Source: an uncultured virus (IMG/VR IMGVR_UViG_3300030099_006786) (taxonomy: Duplodnaviria > Heunggongvirae > Uroviricota > Caudoviricetes). Taken from it: a DNA stretch of 64,000 bases. The translations under genes and the position numbers were made by a program. Numbering within the stretch: position 1 is the stretch's first letter; each line of letters begins with the position of its first letter. The notes under the pieces are model-generated. The model did not search any database. It had not been told where the DNA came from and saw only the letters and a list, made by a program, of their open reading frames with translations. The stretch is taken from IMG/VR virus record IMGVR_UViG_3300030099_006786; one strand, given 5' to 3'. Below are positions 47,776-56,371 of this stretch, piece after piece.

Positions 47776-48915
47776 TTATGTTGCTAATCCATTCATACTT
47801 AGTATCGCAATCAAACCGGGCACATTCTTTCTGACATAAACGCCAGAGAAAAGTGTCTCGCATCGACCGCCGACATAAGCGATTGCCGACTCAATATTCT
47901 TGCTGACCTTGGGGTCTGCCACCATCTCTTCTGACACAACCAACACTAATGAGCCTGCAGCGGCCTTACCCTTGGGTGGAGGGCATGCGGAACGATTCAT
48001 GCAATTGTGAAGGATCACCGATCCAAGCTTTCCAGTATTTGGATCCTTTATCATAGTCGAGCCCATAAAGGCTCTGCCGTTATTGCCCAAGCATGTTTCC
48101 AGATCTTTACTATCAAAAGATTGGATCGGTGAATCCTCTGTAGAGAGTTTTAAAACTTGGGCTAACGATTTTGCAAATTGAGTGTTTGCGACAGGGTACA
48201 TGCCAAGCATACCAATTCTGCCGCGAAGTAAGCGTGTGGCACGTTCATTATCTAAAATGATGTGCGGGTGACGAGATACGTCATTGGCCAATGTCAGTGC
48301 ATTGCGAGCGATTGTAGGGTTAAGATTTTCTTGTGCTGTTGGCCAAGAAACTACATAAACGACTTTACCGCTTGACTGAACAGAGCGCATGTAACGCTCA
48401 AAGACAGGATGGAGAGCGGTAACAGAACTACCGGTGCCACCACCACCACCAGCAAAGACGAATAACCAATCCACTTTACCGAGTTTGATGCGCAAAGCAT
48501 CTTCAACAATTGCACCATTTTGACTTAATACCTCTTTTCCATAGTCTACGTTTTTTCCAATTCCATCAGAATCGGGTATAAGGACAACGTGATCCTCTTC
48601 AACATTTTTAGGAATGTCTTTGCCTGTTGAGTTGACAAGCAATGTTTTATTGAAACCAAGCTCAATAAATGCATTTACCATTTTGTTGCCTCCACCGCCG
48701 ACACCAACAAAACCGACATTAATTGAAGAGGGAGCCGTATTTTCTGGGAGTAAATCTTCATCAGAGTATTCCATCTGTAATCCAAAATCCTCAACCATTC
48801 CGAAATCTTCAGCGTCTACCTGTTCGTGGTAGTGGTCTTTCTCCTGATTGAAGGAGGGTGGTGGTTCCGCGGGAGGCAGAAAATCAAATTCATTATTGTC
48901 ATTATCATTAGACAT
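47776..48915 (-). CDS. Tubulin/FtsZ-family GTPase (PhuZ/TubZ/CetZ-like) with acidic N-terminal extension
   Basis: T1 GVGGGGNK, T2 NSTGKD, T3 GIGKN, T4 signature AGGGGGTGS, T6 LDNE, T7 FDSKDL. Confidence 0.92.
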   Translation of the reverse strand: MSNDNDNNEFDFLPPAEPPPSFNQEKDHYHEQVDAEDFGMVEDFGLQMEYSDEDLLPENTAPSSINVGFVGVGGGGNKMVNAFIELGFNKTLLVNSTGKDIPKNVEEDHVVLIPDSDGIGKNVDYGKEVLSQNGAIVEDALRIKLGKVDWLFVFAGGGGGTGSSVTALHPVFERYMRSVQSSGKVVYVVSWPTAQENLNPTIARNALTLANDVSRHPHIILDNERATRLLRGRIGMLGMYPVANTQFAKSLAQVLKLSTEDSPIQSFDSKDLETCLGNNGRAFMGSTMIKDPNTGKLGSVILHNCMNRSACPPPKGKAAAGSLVLVVSEEMVADPKVSKNIESAIAYVGGRCETLFSGVYVRKNVPGLIAILSMNGLAT

Positions 48916-48918
48916 TTT

Positions 48919-49311
48919 CTAATTCCTTATAATTGATTCTTCTAAAGTGTTAAGCCACTCTATGTTTTCATTAACTGATGTATCAACACTTTTCGCAACT
49001 TGAATTCTTTTGGCAGCAGATGATTTAGCTAAGCCGCGCGCGAGTAAAGTTCTAGCAAGATTAACTAAATATGGATCAGAATATCTATATTTTCCAATCG
49101 CATTAGCTAAAACTTCTTGACGATCTTCGCCGCCTTTAGTAATAAAATCTGCAATTGATTTTCTTAAATCTTTATCATCGCCGCCAGAAACCCTAAGTGC
49201 ATCTCTAAAATTCATATTTTTAAAATCTTGTTGTGATACTTGAACCTCTTTTAAAGTTTCTAAAATTTCTTCTTTAATAATTTCTTTTAAGCGTAATTTA
49301 GTTACCTTCAT
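48919..49311 (-). CDS. Hypothetical protein with 'MKVTK.RLKEIIKEE' leader
   Basis: MKVTKLRLKEIIKEEILETLKE. Confidence 0.65.
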   Translation of the reverse strand: MKVTKLRLKEIIKEEILETLKEVQVSQQDFKNMNFRDALRVSGGDDKDLRKSIADFITKGGEDRQEVLANAIGKYRYSDPYLVNLARTLLARGLAKSSAAKRIQVAKSVDTSVNENIEWLNTLEESIIRN

Positions 49312-49322
49312 TTTTTAATTCC

Positions 49323-50153
49323 TTATTCAGCTGCTTTCTTTTCTTCTCCGCCGCGTGGAGCATATGGCGGATTGACATCAACAAAGCCTTTTTGAAGTAA
49401 ACCAATCGCATTGCGAATGTCCTTCTTATCAATAATTGGCATATCAATTCTTTCCGGTGCACCCTCTGGAGTATTCATTGTCGCTGTGCTTAAATTGTCA
49501 GCCATTTTTTTAGCTGCTATTTGTATTCCTTCTTCTCCCTCGGTGCCCGAAAATTTTGCAATCGCTTGACGCACCTTGTCTACGGACATAAACTTATTAC
49601 CTTTTTGATATAAATCAGTCAGAACAGTAGCAATACCTTGTGCATTAAAATCAGAAAAACTACCAGACCCTTCTTTACCTTTAAGTTCTCCAAATTTTCC
49701 TACAGTGATAGCATTGAGAACCGGAATAAGTTGTGCAGCAGGGAAATTAACAGCATAGCCACCAATTTCTGCATTTGGGTCTACCATGTAGCTAGATATC
49801 CATCTGTGGTGTCCGTCCATAATTCTCTTATCATTTGAAATAAATGCGCCTAAGTTACCACCTGCCTTTCCTTTAAGAATCGCCTGAAGCGCCATTCCAA
49901 CAGCTTGACCAATTCTCATTGTTGATTGTGATGGTCCTAGCTCAGATACTTTAAATGTAGCTCCATTAACAGGAATCTTATCATCTTCTCCTGAAGGATC
50001 AGCATCCTTGACACCAAGAGAAACATCAGCTTGTGCATCTTGTGGATTCTGTGCAACAACTGACAGCTTAGTTGGAAATCTTCTTGGATCTAGCTTAGAC
50101 GGATCCGCGTCTTCAGTAAGGAATTTATTCCAGTTCTCTAATAGTTTTTTCAT
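49323..50153 (-). CDS. ParB/sulfiredoxin-like N-terminal domain protein with 'MKKLLENW' leader
   Basis: ELGPSQS and FISNDKRIMDGHHRW (ParB/Srx GxxR motif). Confidence 0.65.
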   Translation of the reverse strand: MKKLLENWNKFLTEDADPSKLDPRRFPTKLSVVAQNPQDAQADVSLGVKDADPSGEDDKIPVNGATFKVSELGPSQSTMRIGQAVGMALQAILKGKAGGNLGAFISNDKRIMDGHHRWISSYMVDPNAEIGGYAVNFPAAQLIPVLNAITVGKFGELKGKEGSGSFSDFNAQGIATVLTDLYQKGNKFMSVDKVRQAIAKFSGTEGEEGIQIAAKKMADNLSTATMNTPEGAPERIDMPIIDKKDIRNAIGLLQKGFVDVNPPYAPRGGEEKKAAE

Positions 50154-53100
50154 TATTGATTTACCCTTGCAAAACCTGCTTTCTTTTCAATTGCGATTTG
50201 CATATCAACACAATCTTTGAGCGAATCAAGATGCGAAATAAGCAAAACGTTTTTAAAATACACTTTAATTAGTTCCAAAATACGAATAAAGCCTTCCATA
50301 TTTTCTTCATCAAGTGCAGTACCGGGTTCGTCAAGGATAAATACATCTCCCTTTGGCAAGGAAGACACTGTTAGTAAGGATAGTCTAATGGCCATTGACG
50401 CCATTGTTTTCTCAGCACCCGATGCCATTTCAATTGGACGTGGCTCATGCTTAGGATGCTTAATAAAAATATCAAATTTGTTTCCGTTTGACTCAAAGAA
50501 AACTTCAAAGTCTACAATATTGGCCAATACTTTAGCAATTTCTGAATTAATAACTGGTATTTTCTTTTTAATAATATCATAGGCAATACCATTAGGATGC
50601 ATACATCTCATAAAAAGATCGTGAGCGGCAAACTCCTGTTGTAAGTCGGCTAATTCTTTTTGTTGTTCTCGGAGGTTTTTGGCTCTTTGCTCAAGCGAAC
50701 CAACTCGTTTATAAAGATCAAGCGCCTTTGATTTATCTCCGCTAATCTTTCTTTTAAGTCGTTCGATGTTGGTTTCATGTTGGGTTTTTTCCTTTATTAA
50801 TAATTCTAGATTTTCTATAGCTTCTTTATTTTCTTGATAACTAATTTCTTTTTGTCTATATTCTTTGATGTTATTGTTTAATCTCTCTAAAGCAACATTA
50901 TTTCTTTCTAGAGAAATTTTAAGATCTTTAATCAAGTATTCTGTTTCTTGTTTTTTAGTATCTAGAGACAGATATTTTTGAATGTGATCATTCACCAAAT
51001 CAGGCGACAAATCAGAAAGTTTAGTATTCAAGTTTTCAATATCCAAATTTATCTCTGGCATGGTAGCCACCGACACGTGTGCGTCACGAATAAATTTGCA
51101 TGTAGGATAATTAGTACCACACGGGATACCATCCAATAATTTTTCTTTTTTTGTAGCAGAATCTAACAGATTAGTTAAGTTTTCCAGATTTTTATTTAAG
51201 TCATTTATTGTCTCTTTCTTATGTAGCAAGTCATTGTAATCTAAACTGCTCATTAAATTTCTGATTTTTCTTAATCTGTCATATTCACCAGATAATCTTT
51301 CTTTCTCATCTATAATTGATTGTGACAGTAAAAATACCTTGCTTTCACAGCTTTTCAATTCTTGTTTTACTGTCATAATATTAATTGCTTCAGTAGGCAT
51401 TGATGACATTTTTTCTGTAACACTTATAAGTGCTGCGCTAGCTTCTTCTAGTTTTTGTTCGCTCTTAACTGCTCTAGATTCATGCTCAGAAATTTCAGTT
51501 CTACATGTATCTAATTCCAATTCAGCTTCTTCTATTTCAGAATTATAATCTTTATCTTCTAACTTTTTCAACAATGCTTTTGTTTCAACAGACTCATCTT
51601 TGGACAATTTAAATTTCTTATCAAAAATTTCTAAATCTAAGAACTTTGCAATAATCTCTTTACGTCTTGTGGAGCCCTCATCAATAAAGCTAAGTGCTCC
51701 ATGCTGTGATGCCATTGAAGAAACTAAGAAATCATCAACACTACCAAAGTGTTTTCTAATATTAGCATCGGTATTGTTTCTTGTTAGGCCGTTAAGTGAA
51801 ATAGTTTCACCGGTTGCTTCGTCATAGCATTCAAAATTTAAATCAGTTTTTGCTTCTAGAGTTTCTTCGCCTTTTAATCTCTTAATATATTTTTCTGCTT
51901 TTCTAGTAACATAATAGTGCTTATTACCTACCTGAATTGTTATGCTACCTTCACAAAATTCTTTATTCTGGTTAATAACATTGAGGTTCTTACGCTCATT
52001 TTTCGAGGTTGTGTTAAATAAAGTCCAAAGCACAGCATCAATAATGCTGCTCTTCCCAGAAAAGTTTTTACCAAAGATCCCTGTAATGCCGTTAAGTTCA
52101 TCAAAATTAACATTGTTATCTTCTCCATAATTAAATAAGTTATCAAATTTAAAATTGGTCAACTTCCAATTAACATTTCTCGAAATATCTTCTTTTTCCT
52201 CCACCATTTTTTTATATTTACGGTTAAGGTCATAGATTTTTTCCATCGTTGGCGAATCTACCTGATAGTCCTTAAGGTATTCGCTAATCAATTCTTCCTG
52301 AACATTGATATCTCTAAGGTTTTCTCTCTTTAAGTTTTCTGTTAATTCTGTAACATCACCACGTTCACCTGCTGCTCTATTTAGAAACGTTATTGATTCG
52401 GGACTAAACCTGTGTTTTGCGATATCAACCGCACGTTTCATGGTATTTATCGGAAGATTATTATTACTAACGAGGCGAAGACGAGCGCCAGACGGAATAG
52501 AAATATTCTTTGGCATTCGTCCCTTTCTTGTAAGTTCAATCGTGATAAAAGGCTTTGGATTTTTAAGTACAATTGGCTCAATATTCCAATCATTTTTACT
52601 TTCGATCTCCCATATCAATATACCCTTATCGTTTGTTTCGCCGTGGTTTTGCTGAACAGTAGAGCCAGCATACCACACACGACCTTCTTTATCTAAGAAT
52701 TGGCGACGGTGAATATCCCCAAGCATTGAAAAGTCAAAGTCATCAAAGATACTTAGCTCGTCTTCTCCAAAAGTCATGGTCCAATTAATATCTGTCTTAC
52801 AATTACTAATCGAGCCATGATATAAGGCAATATTAACCTTGTCATTATTGGTTGGCTTAATCCAGTTCTCTCGATCAAAAACAGAAAGCACATTCAAACA
52901 AAACTTATCGTTGATGTGTGTTTCGCCTGATTCTTTTAGTAGGTGTAAGTCAGGCAGGTCAAGTGCCTCTACAATAGGCGTGAGTGCGTCTTGACGGCTG
53001 CTATTCTTAAGATTACCATCATGGTTACCAAGAATGATATAAGTGGGCGCGAGGGCCGCAAGATTGCGAAAGAAATCAGAACACATTTCAACAAACTCAG

Positions 53101-53260
53101 GTGATATTTGAGTTTTTGTGTGAGCGATATCTCCGCAATGAATAATATAGTCTACCTCTTGTTTTCGTAATTCTTCATAAAGCTGCTCGAAAACAATTCG
53201 GTATTCATAGTGATACTTTAAATTTTTGATGTGAGTATCCGCTATATGAGCAAATTTCAC
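50153..53260 (-). CDS. Fused SbcD(Mre11)-SbcC(Rad50) nuclease/ATPase (gp47+gp46-like)
   Basis: Phosphoesterase motifs HIADTH, GDIAH, GNHD, LYHG, LGDIH; Walker A GKNFSGKS, coiled coil, signature ASGAE, Walker B FILDEP, ISH. Confidence 0.93.
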   Translation of the reverse strand: MKFAHIADTHIKNLKYHYEYRIVFEQLYEELRKQEVDYIIHCGDIAHTKTQISPEFVEMCSDFFRNLAALAPTYIILGNHDGNLKNSSRQDALTPIVEALDLPDLHLLKESGETHINDKFCLNVLSVFDRENWIKPTNNDKVNIALYHGSISNCKTDINWTMTFGEDELSIFDDFDFSMLGDIHRRQFLDKEGRVWYAGSTVQQNHGETNDKGILIWEIESKNDWNIEPIVLKNPKPFITIELTRKGRMPKNISIPSGARLRLVSNNNLPINTMKRAVDIAKHRFSPESITFLNRAAGERGDVTELTENLKRENLRDINVQEELISEYLKDYQVDSPTMEKIYDLNRKYKKMVEEKEDISRNVNWKLTNFKFDNLFNYGEDNNVNFDELNGITGIFGKNFSGKSSIIDAVLWTLFNTTSKNERKNLNVINQNKEFCEGSITIQVGNKHYYVTRKAEKYIKRLKGEETLEAKTDLNFECYDEATGETISLNGLTRNNTDANIRKHFGSVDDFLVSSMASQHGALSFIDEGSTRRKEIIAKFLDLEIFDKKFKLSKDESVETKALLKKLEDKDYNSEIEEAELELDTCRTEISEHESRAVKSEQKLEEASAALISVTEKMSSMPTEAINIMTVKQELKSCESKVFLLSQSIIDEKERLSGEYDRLRKIRNLMSSLDYNDLLHKKETINDLNKNLENLTNLLDSATKKEKLLDGIPCGTNYPTCKFIRDAHVSVATMPEINLDIENLNTKLSDLSPDLVNDHIQKYLSLDTKKQETEYLIKDLKISLERNNVALERLNNNIKEYRQKEISYQENKEAIENLELLIKEKTQHETNIERLKRKISGDKSKALDLYKRVGSLEQRAKNLREQQKELADLQQEFAAHDLFMRCMHPNGIAYDIIKKKIPVINSEIAKVLANIVDFEVFFESNGNKFDIFIKHPKHEPRPIEMASGAEKTMASMAIRLSLLTVSSLPKGDVFILDEPGTALDEENMEGFIRILELIKVYFKNVLLISHLDSLKDCVDMQIAIEKKAGFARVNQ

Positions 53261-53277
53261 ATTCCCTCCGTGTGTTA

Positions 53278-53427
53278 TTACTCTGGTAACTGCACACTCA
53301 TAAGCGCGTCAATATTCTCATTATTAAGCATATTGTCGTCAAGATTTACTCCGTTGTTACCAGAAAATGAAATGGTGGAAATAAATCCAAGTGCGAATCC
53401 AAAAATAATTGCCTTTACATACTTCAT
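53278..53427 (-). CDS. Unannotated 49 aa membrane/exported peptide MKYVKAIIFGFALGFISTISFSG...VQLPE
   Basis: Below the ORF-track cutoff; SD GGAGG, dedicated promoter, N-terminal hydrophobic segment. Confidence 0.6.
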   Translation of the reverse strand: MKYVKAIIFGFALGFISTISFSGNNGVNLDDNMLNNENIDALMSVQLPE

Positions 53428-53445
53428 AAGTGCCTCCATAATAAT

Positions 53446-53474
53446 ACTATAACACTATACATTAGTGCTGTCAA
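53446..53474 (-). promoter_or_regulatory. sigma70-like promoter upstream of the small ORF and the sbcDC fusion
   Basis: TTGACA (53474-53469), 17 nt spacer, TG-t-TATAGT (53451-53446). Confidence 0.75.
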
Positions 53475-53481
53475 GCACTTT

Positions 53482-54531
53482 TTATTGTGATCTTCCAACA
53501 CTGTATAAAGTATCATACATAAACTTATCAAAATCGGCGTCGTTATTGACGTTTGGTAATTGATCGTAAATTTGTTCTTTTTCTTCTGGTGACGCAGTTT
53601 GTAGGGCGTCGTACAAATCAAACATTTTTTGTTCGACAATATCAGAATAAACTGTGTATGCCACTGTCCAATCAGGTGGTAGCAAGTTCGACCCGTCGTC
53701 AGCTTTCTTAAAATTAGCGTCCTTTCCTGAACCACCTGACCACTTACCAACATCACCAAATACTAATTTTTTAAGCAACGGTAATTCAACAGACGGATTT
53801 GATTCAACCTTTTGATTCCAATAATTGTAATAATCATCAGCATGCATACCTGAAAGTGGCAAAATACTATTGTCGGTAATTGACTCGGGTGGAACATGCG
53901 AATATTTAAAAATATGGAATTGGCTTGTAACTGGAGCGCGGGGAGTGTCAATGTTGTCATATTGTGACCAACTTTTCTCCATTTTTTCTGCGTTACTAAG
54001 GCCTGCAAATTCACCTTCTAAATCAGCCCAAGCTGTCCCGTACATGTCCGAAGGTACTAAAGTATCATCTACCAGTTCAGTTTGGTCAAACTCAGTAGGA
54101 GTCGATGTATCAGTATCTGGCGTAGACATATACAAGCCAGCGCCTACGCCGCCCACCAAGCCAGAAATGATAGCTAGCGGGACGCCCAAATATTTAGCGA
54201 CCTTCACAACTGCATCGGCGCCACCGCCTAATTTATCAACTGCATTACGAATCATTTTCTTTTGATCATCATCGAGAAAATCATCGATAAGTTTACGCTG
54301 TTTTTCTTCATCATCAGGCGCTTCGTTTACTTTCTTTTTGTCTGTGACTCTTAAGACTGCAGACATAATATCGTCGCTAATAGGGCGCGTTTTATCATTA
54401 GTGGGAGATTTAAGTGAACTTGATTTTTCTCTTAAAATTTTATCAACTTCTTCTTTAATGATAGAACTAAGAATACTAGTTTCTATTTCTTCATAAATAA
54501 GTTGTTTTAATCTTGTTTGTGTAATTTGCAT
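53482..54531 (-). CDS. Hypothetical protein with doubled IIKEE leader and a central hydrophobic segment
   Basis: MQITQTRLKQLIYEEI...IIKEEVDKILRE; YLGVPLAIISGLVGGVGAGLY. Confidence 0.65.
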   Translation of the reverse strand: MQITQTRLKQLIYEEIETSILSSIIKEEVDKILREKSSSLKSPTNDKTRPISDDIMSAVLRVTDKKKVNEAPDDEEKQRKLIDDFLDDDQKKMIRNAVDKLGGGADAVVKVAKYLGVPLAIISGLVGGVGAGLYMSTPDTDTSTPTEFDQTELVDDTLVPSDMYGTAWADLEGEFAGLSNAEKMEKSWSQYDNIDTPRAPVTSQFHIFKYSHVPPESITDNSILPLSGMHADDYYNYWNQKVESNPSVELPLLKKLVFGDVGKWSGGSGKDANFKKADDGSNLLPPDWTVAYTVYSDIVEQKMFDLYDALQTASPEEKEQIYDQLPNVNNDADFDKFMYDTLYSVGRSQ

Positions 54532-54532
54532 A

Positions 54533-55474
54533 CTAAACCGCCGACAATAAATCTAGCAATAAGTAGTTATCTCTATCGATTAAAGTCGCACTATTTTTTC
54601 TCTCATCAAATACCTCTTTGGACATAGAGCCAACATCTTCGTATCCTGACACATCTATTTTATATAATTCAATATCATATTCCAAAAGCATTTTAATAAT
54701 CCGCCTCTCTTTCGTGGCAGCGTCGGGGTCGAGGGCGACATAGATTGGTGTGTCGTTCCATACAATCTTTCGTAATAATTCGGACCCTGACCGTAAGGTT
54801 GAACCCAATATAGGAACAGCATTTCCGGCGACCAGTGCATCAAAAACTCCTTCGACCAATACTAGGTCTTTATTCCAGTCGATAAATAGCTCGTTAAATA
54901 CAATATCTTTAGATGCCCTAGGATTCTTGTATTTATATGAGTCGCCAGAATACGATCTGGCTATAAAATAATTGCAATCTCCGTCTTCGTCAAAAGATGG
55001 AATTATAATTCTATTCTTATATTCTCCAGCAAAACAATAGCCTATTTTCCATTTCAATATATCTGCTTGCGTAACACCACGTTTTGTTAGATAATTTAGC
55101 GCGTAAGTTCCTGTTGCTGGGATTTTTGTTGCGCAGAGGCTTGTGAACTCTTTGGGTAATTCAAGTTTGACCTTGTGTTCTTGATCGCTTGGCTCCATAA
55201 ATAAGTCAGCGAATCTTTCAATATCGGTACGGTCTGATATTGCGTCCCATTTCTGTAATTGGATATACGAACCAAAACGCCTAATAAGGCGCCTAACACT
55301 ACGACCGCGATAATCACATACCCAGCAATGAAAAGCATTTTTATCCAAGTTAACAGCGAATTTATACTTTCTGTGATTGCACGACGGACATTGGAAATAA
55401 TGCTCGTTTTTGCTGGTCTGGCGGTAGTTCCCAATAACTTCATTGAGTATTTTTAGTCCTTCTTTTTTATTCAT
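54533..55474 (-). CDS. dnaG: DNA primase (zinc finger + TOPRIM; gp61/DnaG-like)
   Basis: CPSC...FHCWVC, YLTKRG, RIIIP, KYKNP, LVEGVFDA, LDPDA. Confidence 0.9.
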   Translation of the reverse strand: MNKKEGLKILNEVIGNYRQTSKNEHYFQCPSCNHRKYKFAVNLDKNAFHCWVCDYRGRSVRRLIRRFGSYIQLQKWDAISDRTDIERFADLFMEPSDQEHKVKLELPKEFTSLCATKIPATGTYALNYLTKRGVTQADILKWKIGYCFAGEYKNRIIIPSFDEDGDCNYFIARSYSGDSYKYKNPRASKDIVFNELFIDWNKDLVLVEGVFDALVAGNAVPILGSTLRSGSELLRKIVWNDTPIYVALDPDAATKERRIIKMLLEYDIELYKIDVSGYEDVGSMSKEVFDERKNSATLIDRDNYLLLDLLSAV

Positions 55475-55488
55475 ACGCCCTCAAGTGT

Positions 55489-55517
55489 ATAATAACACTA
55501 TTCGGAGTAGTCGTCAA
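55489..55517 (-). promoter_or_regulatory. sigma70-like promoter of the primase gene
   Basis: TTGACG (55517-55512), 17 nt spacer, TG-t-TATTAT (55494-55489). Confidence 0.7.
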
Positions 55518-55815
55518 GTATTTCTGGATACTTTATTAATTCGTATATATTACCCCAAGGATCTCTCTTGTATGCGGAACACGATCCATCACGATGAAAT
55601 TTTACTACATCTTCTTCATCAAACTCTTCTACCTCGATAGCAAAATGAGGTGGATGCTGGCCCTTAACAACAAAAGCAATTTTGACATTTTCTAATTCTA
55701 CAAATGCCCAAGTATCATCCATGTAAAGCAAATCTGCATCAAAATTAAGTTGATACCATTTAGCAGCCAACCTTGGTTCATCAACTACTAAAGCTATGTG
55801 GTCAATCCTCTTCAT
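55498..55815 (-). CDS. VOC / glyoxalase-family protein
   Basis: IDHIALVV...AAKWY, HFAIEV, YKRDPWGNIYELI; start ATG 55815. Confidence 0.85.
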   Translation of the reverse strand: MKRIDHIALVVDEPRLAAKWYQLNFDADLLYMDDTWAFVELENVKIAFVVKGQHPPHFAIEVEEFDEEDVVKFHRDGSCSAYKRDPWGNIYELIKYPEILDDYSE

Positions 55816-56371
55816 TTTCTGCAATCCATCCAGCTTGAGCAATCACTATCGCATCAGCCCGATCATAACTTTCCGGTTTTGGATTACCGTGCTTAGTATA
55901 TTCAATTGTAAATGCAGGCTCAGTATTTAGTAAATGCTCAAGTACAACTTGTTTTGCCTTTTGGCCTCTTGGTACCTTTATGCCTGCTAGCTTTCTTGCT
56001 GCGGAGGCGCCTAAATACTTTGGCTTTATCTCAAATATTTCATAAACCAACCAAGAAACAATGCCGTTAAATTTTTGTAAAGCAGCCATTGTTTTAGCCG
56101 AAGAGCCGCCAGAATTGAAAAACATAAATGGCTGCTCTATATATATGGCCTGTACTGGAAACTTGGAATCTCCCCAGCCGGCTGAAGCAGTATCATCGTT
56201 ATTAAGCTGATACATTTCGTACAAGTCAAGTATCTTTTCTTTTATAGCTATTGTTTTACTAAATACATCTTTATACTTTCTCAAATCTATAGAAGTATAG
56301 TGAAGTAGCTGACCATCACCAACTATAGCAAAACCAGTAATACTGGTACTGACATCAATTCCCAAAATCAT
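55802..56371 (-). CDS. ruvC: RuvC-like Holliday junction resolvase
   Basis: ILGIDVST, IYIEQP, DRADAIVIA catalytic acidic residues. Confidence 0.85.
   Translation of the reverse strand: MILGIDVSTSITGFAIVGDGQLLHYTSIDLRKYKDVFSKTIAIKEKILDLYEMYQLNNDDTASAGWGDSKFPVQAIYIEQPFMFFNSGGSSAKTMAALQKFNGIVSWLVYEIFEIKPKYLGASAARKLAGIKVPRGQKAKQVVLEHLLNTEPAFTIEYTKHGNPKPESYDRADAIVIAQAGWIAENEED

Noticed and set aside
47776..48915. Calling this a nucleus-forming (chimallin) phage or a host ftsZ
   Set aside because: No chimallin or multisubunit RNAP genes are recognisable here, the head genes are T4-like, and the protein lacks the FtsZ C-terminal linker/core peptide and a dcw context
1540..55474. Inteins or introns in RecA, PolA, terminase, primase
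   Set aside because: Lengths are ordinary or short, motifs are contiguous, and no intein ends or homing endonuclease motifs are seen
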